Origin: a virus
Lineage: Duplodnaviria; Caudoviricetes
IMG/VR virus record: IMGVR_UViG_3300027813_000012
Span: 3,958-67,957 of that record
Direction: 5' to 3' (one strand)
Length of the DNA stretch: 64,000 nt
Made by a program: the position numbers and the translations under genes
The notes under the pieces: model-generated
Told to the model about the DNA's origin: nothing
The model's input: only the letters and a program-made list of their open reading frames with translations
The model's database searches: none
Shown here: positions 37,317 through 47,343 of the stretch, one piece after another
How the letters are laid out: each line of letters opens with the position of its first letter
Numbering within the stretch: position 1 is the stretch's first letter

Positions 37317-38021
37317 ATGGCAGTTAATATAGACACAGTTTATCAAAGAGTTTTAGCAATAGCTAACAAAGAACAGAGAGGATTTATAACTCCACAGGAG
37401 TATAACCTATTTGCTAACCAAGCTCAAATGGACATATTCGAGCAATATTTTTATGATTTAGATCAATTTTTAAAGATGCCTGGAAACGATTCCACGTATG
37501 CTGATATGGTTGATATAATAAAAGAAAAGATAGATATATTCGAAAACTATAGAACAGCTATAACAATGAGTGGCACAGGCACAGGTTCTTTCCCGTCTGG
37601 TTACTATAGAATGGGTGAACTATATTATAATTGCCCATCATTAAGTAGGTATGTTGAGATTGAGAAAATCAATCAAAACGAGATACACCACATACAAAAC
37701 TCACCACTAACCAGTCCAAATTCGGAAATGCCCGTTTATGTACAAACAAGTGGAACAGCAATACAGACATATCCGACTATAACTTCCGGAGTTGTGTGTA
37801 ACTATATATCAAGACCTTCTTCTGTCAACTGGTCTGCTACGGTAGTTTTAGGGGAATCTTTATACAACGCAAATGCTTCTACAAACTTTCAACTACACGA
37901 TTCTGAAGAATCTGAATTAGTTATAAAAGTATTAGAGCTAGCTGGTATAACAATAAAAGACCCTCAACTTTACCCAATAGCCGCACAAGAGGAAGCGCAG
38001 AATGTACAACAAGAAAAATAA
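37317..38021 (+). CDS. Tail ring / head-tail adaptor protein
   Basis: VYQRVLAIANKEQRGFITPQEYNLFANQAQ; synteny. Confidence 0.6.
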   Translation: MAVNIDTVYQRVLAIANKEQRGFITPQEYNLFANQAQMDIFEQYFYDLDQFLKMPGNDSTYADMVDIIKEKIDIFENYRTAITMSGTGTGSFPSGYYRMGELYYNCPSLSRYVEIEKINQNEIHHIQNSPLTSPNSEMPVYVQTSGTAIQTYPTITSGVVCNYISRPSSVNWSATVVLGESLYNANASTNFQLHDSEESELVIKVLELAGITIKDPQLYPIAAQEEAQNVQQEK

Positions 38022-38027
38022 TATAAC

Positions 38028-39098
38028 ATGCCATTATTAACAGGAACACAAAGACAGTATTACGATAATAGTCAATCACTGGTTGCCACCGCTAATCAAA
38101 CAGCGTTTACATACGCTTTTTCACCTGCACCAGCAAATGAGGTTGATTTTAGTATTTTTATTGATGATGTACAAGTAAGTAGTGATTTATACTCCTACTC
38201 TAACAACGTTGTGACCTTTTCGTCAGGTAGAACAGTTGGAGAAGTGGTTGTTCTTAGGCAAATAACATCTGAAGAACAGTTAGGCAACTACCAATACATA
38301 AAAATAAACGATATTGTAAACAACTTTATAATAAACTATGTAGGTGAGGATAAGTTGATACCTAAGATAAAAAGAACCGACGTAGCTTTTCATATTCAAA
38401 GAGGAATACAAGAGCTTAGCTACGATACTTTAAATTCGGATAAATCTCAAGAAATAGAGATACCACCTTCGCTGAAAATGAAACTACCACATGATTATGT
38501 TAACTATGTTAAGTTAAGCTGGGTAGATACTTCCGGTGTGGAAAGAATAATATATAAAACTACTGACACTAGCAATCCTAATGCTTTGCTTCAAGATGTA
38601 AACTATGACTATATATTCTCTGGAGATGACAGCTTATTAACGTCAGGAGAATCAGAAACATGGGATAAATTCTCAGAACCACAAGTAGCAATAAATGAAA
38701 CAGATACTCCTCTTAATGCTGATATTGGTGAGGGAAGAAGATACGGTATATCACCTGAACACGCGCAGGGTAATGGAGTATACTTTATAGATAATGCGAA
38801 GGGATATATACACTTTAGCTCTGATCTTTGTAACAAAATAATAACTTTAAAATACATAAGTGACGGTTTAGGTACTACAGCAGATATGGTTGTACATAAA
38901 TTTGCTGAAGATGGTATATACAAATACACAGCACACGCTATTCTAGCATCTAGAACTATGGTACCAGAATATCTAGTGGCTAGATTTAAGAAAGAAAAAT
39001 TTGCAGCAATAAGAAAAGCTAAACTAAGATTAAGCAATATAAAATCTGCAGAGATTGCACAAGTTTTAAGGAACAAATCTAAAGTAATAAAACACTAA
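38028..39098 (+). CDS. Tail ring/tubular protein
   Basis: IQELSYDTL, LPHDYVNYVKLSW, LKYISDGL; synteny. Confidence 0.6.
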   Translation: MPLLTGTQRQYYDNSQSLVATANQTAFTYAFSPAPANEVDFSIFIDDVQVSSDLYSYSNNVVTFSSGRTVGEVVVLRQITSEEQLGNYQYIKINDIVNNFIINYVGEDKLIPKIKRTDVAFHIQRGIQELSYDTLNSDKSQEIEIPPSLKMKLPHDYVNYVKLSWVDTSGVERIIYKTTDTSNPNALLQDVNYDYIFSGDDSLLTSGESETWDKFSEPQVAINETDTPLNADIGEGRRYGISPEHAQGNGVYFIDNAKGYIHFSSDLCNKIITLKYISDGLGTTADMVVHKFAEDGIYKYTAHAILASRTMVPEYLVARFKKEKFAAIRKAKLRLSNIKSAEIAQVLRNKSKVIKH

Positions 39099-39101
39099 AA
39101 T

Positions 39102-42100
39102 ATGCCGGAGTTAAAACATCACTTTCGAGCAGGTAAGATGAATAAAGACCTGGACGATAGATTAGTGCCTAATGGAGAATATAGAGACGCACAGAACATA
39201 GAAATATCTACTTCTGAAAGTGACAACGTTGGTACTATTCAAAATGTTAGAGGAACTACTAGAATAAAAGGTAAGACTTATGACACTAACACCCAAGCTA
39301 TAACAGCTAACTGGTCCACTCATAGTTTTGGTTTAACTAATGCGGTTTGTATTGGTAGTGTACTAGATAACGAGAGTGATAAAATATATTGGTTTATAAA
39401 ATCAGACGAATCTGACTGTATCGCTGAATATGACGATATAAAAGGGATAATATCCCCAGTGCTAGTAGATACTTTGAGTATATTAAAGTTCACATCAAAT
39501 CAAATCATAACGGGTATTAATGTTATTGATGGTATGATCTTATGGACTGATGATATTACTGAACCCAAAAAAATCGATATAGAGATATTCAAATCTGGAT
39601 GCTCTACAAACTTCACAACCCACACAACGTTTCACGGTGTTAATTTCGCAGAGCATGATATAACGGTTGCTAAAAAAGCACCATTAACAGCTCCAACACT
39701 TACTATGTCTACATCGACTAGAGGTGGTAACGGGACTGGCACTGACTTTGTATTAGTAAGCAATTCAGTAGCTACGCTGTTCACTGATGCGGATGGAAAT
39801 GGAAAAGCATCTGGAACAGATGTAACGCTTAACTTTTCCCCAGCGCCTAACTTTCAAGTAGGGGATATGCTAACATTAACATCTACCTACGAAGATGGGG
39901 CATCGCTAACTAATTATGAAATTAAAGTAAGAGTACTAACTTTATCTAGCGGTAACCAAACTGCTACGTGTAAAATACAAAGTATACCTGTAGAGATAGT
40001 TTACGTTCCTTTAGTATGGGAGGTATTACTTAGTGAAGAAGGTCTATTGTTTGAAAAGAAACTAGTTAGATTTGGTTACAGGTGGAAATACACTAGTGGT
40101 GAGTATTCTACATTCTCCCCATTTAGTGAGTTAGCGTTTAAACCTTCTACTTTTGAGTATTTATCCTCTGATGGGTACAACGAAGGTATGATTAACAATC
40201 TTAGACAGTTAACTATAAATATAACAGATGCAAAACCCGCTGATGTAGACGAGGTTGATATATTATATAAAGAATCAAATAATAATTTGATCTACGTAGT
40301 AGACACTTTAAAGGAAAAACAAGACGGTACTTATGATGTATCTTACGATTTAGAATCTGAGATAATAGGAAAAGTCGTAGAGGCTAACCAAATGTTGAGA
40401 CCCTGGGATAACGTTCCAAGAAGAGCAAAAGCTCAAGAGGTGACAGCTAACAGGCTTATATACGCTAATTATCTACAGAACTACAATATACCTAGTTTTA
40501 ATACACCTGAAATATCAATGTCTATAGGGCAAAGCGCAATTACAACGGTTAAAGAGCCTGAACTTTCTATTAAGTCACTAAGAACGTATCAAGCTGGGGT
40601 TGTTTATGTGGACACTTATAACAGGCAGACACCGGTTTTTACAAGCAGTAAAGCTTCTAAACAAACAAGTAAGTCGTATTCTGATACGGTAAACAGCATT
40701 CAACTAACACTTAGTAACACCGCGCCAGATTGGGCGACACATTTTAAGTATTACATAAAAGAAACTTCTAATGAGTACTACAATCTATCTATGGATAGAT
40801 ATTATTTAGCAGAAGACGGTAACGTGTGGTTGAGTTTCCCTTCTTCAGAAAGAAACAAAATACAAGAAGATAGTTATCTTATACTAAAAAAACAACATGA
40901 TGCGGACACTTTTGTTGGTGTTAAAGCAAGGTATAAGGTTTTAGATATATCTAACGATCCACCGGATTTTATAAAACTGATTAAAAAAGCTATAGGTAAC
41001 GCCGATGGTACGACGCTAACTAGTGGGGTTAGTAGGCCACAAATTGGTTCTACTACCTTTAAATTCTTAGGACCTGACCCAGCTGATAGCCCAAGTTTTT
41101 CACAAGGTTTTACTTCTGACGGACTTATACAACTTAGTATTGCTGGATTAAAAACAGCTAAATACAATATAGTTAGTGGTGGTCCAACTGGAACCAAACA
41201 AGGTGAGATTGAGATATATTCTGTAACAATAGATGAACCGTTGCAGAGTGGTGAAGCCAGCCTAGATACACTAACAACGTCTGGTGGTCAAGCTTTCCAG
41301 ATAATATTATTTGAAGAAAAGTTTGCAAACAAACCAGAATTTTATGGTAGATTTTTCGCTAAAATAAATAGAGACTCTGCTTTTGACACTAACATAATAG
41401 CAACGTATCCAGACATTGAAGCCGAATATGGTATAACAAATAGTAGGTTTATAAATAGAAACGCTGTCAATACAGGACCTAATGACGGCAGACAAGCCGC
41501 TTCGTGGTATGACACTAGGTCAAAACACAATGATGTAGCCGAATCAAATAACGGTCACCCAGTTAATGGTAGAGATTATTTTACTTTTCACTGGACAGCT
41601 TCACCTAAAAGTGGTAGTAAAGATTTTGATAAATCAAATAGTATAAATTCATTTTTAAAAGGTATAAAAGAGGCTGGAACTCTATTTAGGTTTAAATCTG
41701 AAGATGGTACGATTGGTGAAGTATACAAAGTTACTGGTTCTGAAATCACATACACGTATAGAAGAAATGGTAGAAAAAAATTAGCTAGTAGCAAAAGAAG
41801 AAGCTACAAGATAACGTTTGAGCATGCTACAAATCTTACGCCCTACGAAGATGTATTTGTTTATTCTTCTGGCACGGGAACTACTGTAGATGAAATTCAA
41901 CTACTAGAAAAAGTACTTGATGGAGATAACGAACTACTAACTTCTAACAACCCAGCTATATGGGAGACAGAACCCAAAGAAGCTGTTGATTTAGATTTGT
42001 ATTACGAAACAGGTAACACGTTACCTATATCTGAACACGGTACAACACACACTATTCCTTTTAAGAATTGTTATTCATTTGGCAACGGTGTAGAGTCTAA

Positions 42101-45095
42101 TAGAATGAGAGATGATTATAATGCTGTTCAGATCGATAAAGGTGTTAAAGTGTCTACGGTATTAGCAGAACAATATAAAGAAGACCACAAGAAAAATGGA
42201 TTAATATACTCTGGTATATTTAATTCAACTAGTGGTATAAATAGATTTAACCAATTTATACAGGGAGAACAAATAACTAAGGATATAAACCCACACTACG
42301 GCAGTATACAAAAATTACATGCTAGAAATACTGATCTTATAACTTTTTGTGAAGACAAGGTTATAAAAATACTAGCCAACAAAGATGCTTTGTATAATGC
42401 TGATGGGAACCCAAATTTAACCGCTACAAACAGAGTGTTAGGTCAATCTATACCTTTCATAGGTGAATACGGAATATCTAAAAATCCAGAATCATTTGCA
42501 TCGTATGCCTATAGAGTTTACTTTGCAGATAAAAATAGAGGGGCTATATTAAGACTGTCTAGAGATGGTTTAACACCTATATCAGATGTAGGTATGAAAG
42601 ATTTCTTTAAAGACATCTTACCAACCTCTACTTTAATACAGGGTAGTTATGATGATAGTAAAGGCTTATATAACTTATCGCTAAGTGCTAACACGTTGTC
42701 TTTTGATGAAAAAGTCGGTGGATGGACTAGTTTCAAATCTTTTGTTCCAGAAGAGGCTGTATCTTTAAACAATGTATATTACAGTATTAAGAATGGTGAC
42801 ATTTGGTCACACACAAACACTAAAAGAAATAGATTCTATGATACGTCTGTTTCAGAAAACGATACAACTAAATTCTATAATTCATCTGTTACTTTATTAG
42901 TTAATGATCAGGCTGATAGTATAAAGGGTTTTCAAACCATAAACTACAGTGGCTCTAGGTCAAGAAAATATACTAAAGATTATGATGCTGGCAACAGTTA
43001 CGCTAGTCCTACCGAAACATTCACGCCGGGTTGGTTTTGTGAAAGTGTTGTAACTGATGAACAAAACGGAGCGATTAGTGAGTTTATAGAGAAAGAAGGT
43101 AGGTGGTACAATTACATTAAAGGCGATACCACTACTTTAGCTAACCTAGACTCACATGAATTCACGGTTCAAGGTATTGGTAATTTAACAGCTATATCAG
43201 GTGATACCAGTCCAGATGATAAAACAGTAACACTTAGTTTAACTGGTGTTGCAAACACAACAAGTGATGCGTTTGTTTTTGATGTAACACCCGGTACAGA
43301 GATACATAGCGCTTTAACTACAACTACAATAACAATAACACCTAACACTGGTAATACTTTAACCGCTGGTGATTTAAGCGTAAGTTCAACTGGTAGTTAT
43401 GTTGATAGTGTTACTTTTGCACAAAGTGGAGTTAACGTAGTCGCAACAATAAACTTTACTGACGGTGTTAACATGACGGCGGGAAATTTAACAATTGCTT
43501 TAGCCGTAACTGGTGACGGGCTTTTGAAGAATTATTTACTTAATGACTTGTCGTTAAAAACCAACACAGATAGTAATATAACAGTAGCAAATACTTACTC
43601 TGGTTCTAGTAACGCAACAGCTGAACCACTGGCTAGTAAAACAGGAATACCAGCCGCATACTTATCAAACCCTACGGTAGCTACAAAAACATTTACTTTA
43701 GCTAGTAATTTTGTATTCACCGCAGCCCCTGGTTTTTATATTGAATCTCAAGACACTAACACAGAGAGTTTTTATACAATAACTTTCCAAGACACAGATG
43801 TTAACAACGCTAATATAACTATAGGGTCAGGCGGTAAAGTACTAGCTGACGTGGTTAAAAGAGTATATACTATAAAATATACATTTCCAGCTCAAGAAAC
43901 AACTGGAGACGTTATAATATTCAACGCTAAATCAACTGCTACCGATGTAGCTCAAAGCAATGAGATAACAGGATACAGAGTAGCTGGATCTCCAACAGCA
44001 TCAAGATTCGCGTCAACTAAAGATATAGCTATTTACGGTAAGGCAGGTGCAACATTTAGCTTTAAGCTAAAAATAGATTCTACCGCTGACACGTATTGGG
44101 CTGGTTCTGCTTTTAGTAGTGCGTCAAGCATAACACTTACAATCCCTTCTAATGGAGTGTATATTATCACTGTTCCTTTTTACGATACATCTACAACTAA
44201 AAATTACGTCTTTACAATAGCATCTATCCCTCCAACCTTATCGTTGGCTATCCCGCTCATAGGTAACATATACAATACAGCAACACCTCCAGTGGTTCAA
44301 AACCCTTTCACGATTAGTCAATACGCTGACGTGGTGCTAACTTTAAATGCAGAAAGTGCACATGGTGGTGATTTTACAATAACATCTTCAAATATAACTA
44401 AAACTTACCAAGCGCTTGGTTTCCCTGTTGAAACATCTAGTTTCTTTGTAGCCGCTTTATCTTTAACAGGTACAGCAACTGGAAATATAACTAAAACAAG
44501 GGATCCTGAGTTAACCGATTTTAGCAACTACAACTCCAATGGTTTTGATTGGGATTTTGATTTAACCTCTGTTGTAATAGATAACTCAACAAGTCCTAAA
44601 GGAGTAACCATAACTGGTAATGCTTTTATTGAACAGTACGGAACCGCTAGCACAACATCCGGTTTGGATTTAGATGATTTTCTATCTGTCGCAGGTGGAG
44701 CTTCAGGTGGAACATTAATCTACCAACCAGCAATTACTGGATCTGGAGGGTATATAATAACGCAATTTGGTACTTACAATGATGGTACTTATAGTCAAAC
44801 TGGAACAAAATTTATTGATATTGGTGTTGCTAGTGGAACTAACATAAGTGGAACTGGTGTGATATATGGTAACTTCTACGGTAATAGTCTTCAAGAGATA
44901 ACATTGTCTGTGTCGGCAGCATCATCATCGTGTTTTCATACTTCTACTAACTTAGCAATAAGTAAAACAAGTATTGTTGGTTCAGGGTCTAGTCAAGATC
45001 TACACTACACTTGGACCGCTCAAACAGACGAAGTAATAGACTCATCTTCATTAACTGTATTTACAGTTGCTGTGGCTTTATATAACGAACCTTAA
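39102..45095 (+). CDS. Tail stabilization/nozzle protein (P22 gp10-like) with C-terminal extension
   Basis: GKMNKDLDDRLVPNGEYRDAQNI, VESNRMRDDYN, GEYGISKNPESFA, EKEGRWYNYIKG, then ~650 aa of beta-rich sequence. Confidence 0.75.
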   Translation: MPELKHHFRAGKMNKDLDDRLVPNGEYRDAQNIEISTSESDNVGTIQNVRGTTRIKGKTYDTNTQAITANWSTHSFGLTNAVCIGSVLDNESDKIYWFIKSDESDCIAEYDDIKGIISPVLVDTLSILKFTSNQIITGINVIDGMILWTDDITEPKKIDIEIFKSGCSTNFTTHTTFHGVNFAEHDITVAKKAPLTAPTLTMSTSTRGGNGTGTDFVLVSNSVATLFTDADGNGKASGTDVTLNFSPAPNFQVGDMLTLTSTYEDGASLTNYEIKVRVLTLSSGNQTATCKIQSIPVEIVYVPLVWEVLLSEEGLLFEKKLVRFGYRWKYTSGEYSTFSPFSELAFKPSTFEYLSSDGYNEGMINNLRQLTINITDAKPADVDEVDILYKESNNNLIYVVDTLKEKQDGTYDVSYDLESEIIGKVVEANQMLRPWDNVPRRAKAQEVTANRLIYANYLQNYNIPSFNTPEISMSIGQSAITTVKEPELSIKSLRTYQAGVVYVDTYNRQTPVFTSSKASKQTSKSYSDTVNSIQLTLSNTAPDWATHFKYYIKETSNEYYNLSMDRYYLAEDGNVWLSFPSSERNKIQEDSYLILKKQHDADTFVGVKARYKVLDISNDPPDFIKLIKKAIGNADGTTLTSGVSRPQIGSTTFKFLGPDPADSPSFSQGFTSDGLIQLSIAGLKTAKYNIVSGGPTGTKQGEIEIYSVTIDEPLQSGEASLDTLTTSGGQAFQIILFEEKFANKPEFYGRFFAKINRDSAFDTNIIATYPDIEAEYGITNSRFINRNAVNTGPNDGRQAASWYDTRSKHNDVAESNNGHPVNGRDYFTFHWTASPKSGSKDFDKSNSINSFLKGIKEAGTLFRFKSEDGTIGEVYKVTGSEITYTYRRNGRKKLASSKRRSYKITFEHATNLTPYEDVFVYSSGTGTTVDEIQLLEKVLDGDNELLTSNNPAIWETEPKEAVDLDLYYETGNTLPISEHGTTHTIPFKNCYSFGNGVESNRMRDDYNAVQIDKGVKVSTVLAEQYKEDHKKNGLIYSGIFNSTSGINRFNQFIQGEQITKDINPHYGSIQKLHARNTDLITFCEDKVIKILANKDALYNADGNPNLTATNRVLGQSIPFIGEYGISKNPESFASYAYRVYFADKNRGAILRLSRDGLTPISDVGMKDFFKDILPTSTLIQGSYDDSKGLYNLSLSANTLSFDEKVGGWTSFKSFVPEEAVSLNNVYYSIKNGDIWSHTNTKRNRFYDTSVSENDTTKFYNSSVTLLVNDQADSIKGFQTINYSGSRSRKYTKDYDAGNSYASPTETFTPGWFCESVVTDEQNGAISEFIEKEGRWYNYIKGDTTTLANLDSHEFTVQGIGNLTAISGDTSPDDKTVTLSLTGVANTTSDAFVFDVTPGTEIHSALTTTTITITPNTGNTLTAGDLSVSSTGSYVDSVTFAQSGVNVVATINFTDGVNMTAGNLTIALAVTGDGLLKNYLLNDLSLKTNTDSNITVANTYSGSSNATAEPLASKTGIPAAYLSNPTVATKTFTLASNFVFTAAPGFYIESQDTNTESFYTITFQDTDVNNANITIGSGGKVLADVVKRVYTIKYTFPAQETTGDVIIFNAKSTATDVAQSNEITGYRVAGSPTASRFASTKDIAIYGKAGATFSFKLKIDSTADTYWAGSAFSSASSITLTIPSNGVYIITVPFYDTSTTKNYVFTIASIPPTLSLAIPLIGNIYNTATPPVVQNPFTISQYADVVLTLNAESAHGGDFTITSSNITKTYQALGFPVETSSFFVAALSLTGTATGNITKTRDPELTDFSNYNSNGFDWDFDLTSVVIDNSTSPKGVTITGNAFIEQYGTASTTSGLDLDDFLSVAGGASGGTLIYQPAITGSGGYIITQFGTYNDGTYSQTGTKFIDIGVASGTNISGTGVIYGNFYGNSLQEITLSVSAASSSCFHTSTNLAISKTSIVGSGSSQDLHYTWTAQTDEVIDSSSLTVFTVAVALYNEP

Positions 45096-45105
45096 TAGAT
45101 AAAAC

Positions 45106-45423
45106 ATGCCTAACATAACAATGACTTTTCCAAACGTAAACGCATCTGTGCAGGTTGGTGACTTAGTTTATTATCAAACATCATCAGGGGTTATAACTCA
45201 AATGGGTGATTGTACAGCTGTGACAGGGACAACTGTTAGTTGCTTTATAAGTGGCACTACCACTAGACCTACTAGTAATGATTTTGTGCTATTTGGAAAA
45301 AACAACACGAGCAATACCTCTGCATTAAGAGGTTATTTTGCAAAAGTAAAAATGACTAACGACGAGACTACAACGTGTGAGCTTTACACAGTTGGCTCAG
45401 AAGTATTTGAAAGTAGTAAATAA
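45106..45423 (+). CDS. Hypothetical tail-associated protein
   Basis: NASVQVGDLVYY..LRGYFAKVKM. Confidence 0.55.
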   Translation: MPNITMTFPNVNASVQVGDLVYYQTSSGVITQMGDCTAVTGTTVSCFISGTTTRPTSNDFVLFGKNNTSNTSALRGYFAKVKMTNDETTTCELYTVGSEVFESSK

Positions 45424-45460
45424 TGTGTAATTATAATAATAACTTAATAAATAAAATAAT

Positions 45461-46132
45461 ATGATAGGAGCAGCAATGGGTGCAGCGCAAGGCATCATCG
45501 GCGGTCTTACTGGTATAGCTGGTGGAATAATTGGTGGAGGAAAAAGAAAGAGAGAACAAAGAGAAGCCCAAAATGAATTCAACACTAACAAGGCGAGATA
45601 CGAAAACCTTGATACAACTAATTTAGCCGCTAATTCACAAAACGCGTTTGAAGATCTTACGGTCAACACACAAGCCGCTGATTTCGCAGGACAACAACAG
45701 CAACAGGCTTTGTCTAACACCATGGGTACTATGCAGGGCGCAGCGGGTGGAAGCGGTATTGCGGCGTTAGCACAAGCTATGGCCGGTCAACAATCACAAA
45801 ATTTACAACAAGCTTCAGCTAGTATAGGTCAACAAGAGAGTCAAAACGCTATGAAAGCCGCACAAGGGGACATGACGGTACAAAGTATGGAGCTGCAAGG
45901 CGCACAACAATCGAGAGCTGCTGAATTAGATAAAACAGAAACATTGCTTGGTATGTCACAGCAAAGACTTGGTGCTGCTAACCAAGCTAGAGACAAAGCA
46001 ACACAATCTTTAGTGTCTGGTGTGGGTAGTTTCGCTGGTGGTGTTGGTGCTGCTGCCGCTGCGGGAGGAAAAATGGATGGTGGAGGCGATGGCAGCTTTT
46101 TAACTGACGTAACTAAAGGATTAGGATTTTAA
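45461..46132 (+). CDS. Internal virion/ejection protein
   Basis: G/A/Q-rich with GG-rich hydrophobic N-terminus. Confidence 0.65.
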   Translation: MIGAAMGAAQGIIGGLTGIAGGIIGGGKRKREQREAQNEFNTNKARYENLDTTNLAANSQNAFEDLTVNTQAADFAGQQQQQALSNTMGTMQGAAGGSGIAALAQAMAGQQSQNLQQASASIGQQESQNAMKAAQGDMTVQSMELQGAQQSRAAELDKTETLLGMSQQRLGAANQARDKATQSLVSGVGSFAGGVGAAAAAGGKMDGGGDGSFLTDVTKGLGF

Positions 46133-46142
46133 ATAAAAAAAC

Positions 46143-47342
46143 ATGGCAAATCAAAACTTAATTAAAGGAGCATATATGGGTCCGCAAAACGCGGGTATAG
46201 CTGACTTATACTTAAATAGCATAGCTAAAAAGCAAGGTAGAGGACCAGGAAGATATGGTGGTAATATACCTGTACCTTATAAAAACATGCAACAGTACTT
46301 AAATAAAAAAGTAGATAGTTATATAGATAATCTACCCGCTGGGTATGAAGTCGAGAAGCTTCCCTCTGGTATGAGAAACGGTGTTACTAATTGGTCTAAA
46401 GATTTGCAAATACAAGCTGGCAATCACGCTAGGTTAATGAAAAAAACAAAACCAGGTTCACCTCAGTTTATTAATGCTAGGAATGAGTTCCAAAATATAA
46501 AAAACCAATTTAAAAACATAAGTACTAATTTAGATCAGTTTAAAGCTGCTAAAACAGAGTTTCTACAAGATTACGATTCCAAAACAATATCGGAAGGTGT
46601 AGATACAGATAGGTTAAAACTATTATATTCAACCGATACTTATAACTATAGCTTAGTCAATGGTCAGTTACAATTTCAACTACCTGACGGTAGCATGGTA
46701 GATGGTAACAAACTACCTAAGTATTTTAACAAAAATTCTGATGGTGCTAACAAACTATTACAGTTAAACGAATCTTCTTATAAATCAGGCGGACAATGGG
46801 ATAGTTATACTAAATCAATGTACGAAAGAAAAGTTAACAATATAGTACAGGAAAAAGGTAGGGAAGGTTTACTATCCCTAGCTACAGATACTTTCTTAGA
46901 CGCACCTATAATAGCAAAGGACCACCCTAACAGTTGGTTATTGCAAGAAGAAAACCACGAACAGCTCCAGCAGTATGTTGTGGATCAATATGTGCAAGGT
47001 ATGGAATCGGCCGCTGGTCAAGGTTATCAAAAGAAACAATCAAAAACATCAACAGGTGGCGGTGGATCATCTAAGTACAGCGCTAACATTAGTAACCCTG
47101 ACCAATACTTTAGTAATGATAAAATAATGGATATTAAAGATGAACTTGGCCCATCAAGCAATCATTCTATTGAAGCTGGTGAAGACGGTATATATGAGTT
47201 AAAAATTAATAAGCCAGGTTCTGCTCCGTGGAAACAAGTCATTGACATGAAAGATCCAAAAGCAGCCGAACGATCAAGAAAAATCTACAACCAATGGTTG
47301 GGAAGCATATCATCATCTAGTATAGATCCAGCAAACTTATAA
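46143..47342 (+). CDS. Putative ejection protein
   Basis: Position in ejection cluster. Confidence 0.5.
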   Translation: MANQNLIKGAYMGPQNAGIADLYLNSIAKKQGRGPGRYGGNIPVPYKNMQQYLNKKVDSYIDNLPAGYEVEKLPSGMRNGVTNWSKDLQIQAGNHARLMKKTKPGSPQFINARNEFQNIKNQFKNISTNLDQFKAAKTEFLQDYDSKTISEGVDTDRLKLLYSTDTYNYSLVNGQLQFQLPDGSMVDGNKLPKYFNKNSDGANKLLQLNESSYKSGGQWDSYTKSMYERKVNNIVQEKGREGLLSLATDTFLDAPIIAKDHPNSWLLQEENHEQLQQYVVDQYVQGMESAAGQGYQKKQSKTSTGGGGSSKYSANISNPDQYFSNDKIMDIKDELGPSSNHSIEAGEDGIYELKINKPGSAPWKQVIDMKDPKAAERSRKIYNQWLGSISSSSIDPANL

Positions 47343-47343
47343 T

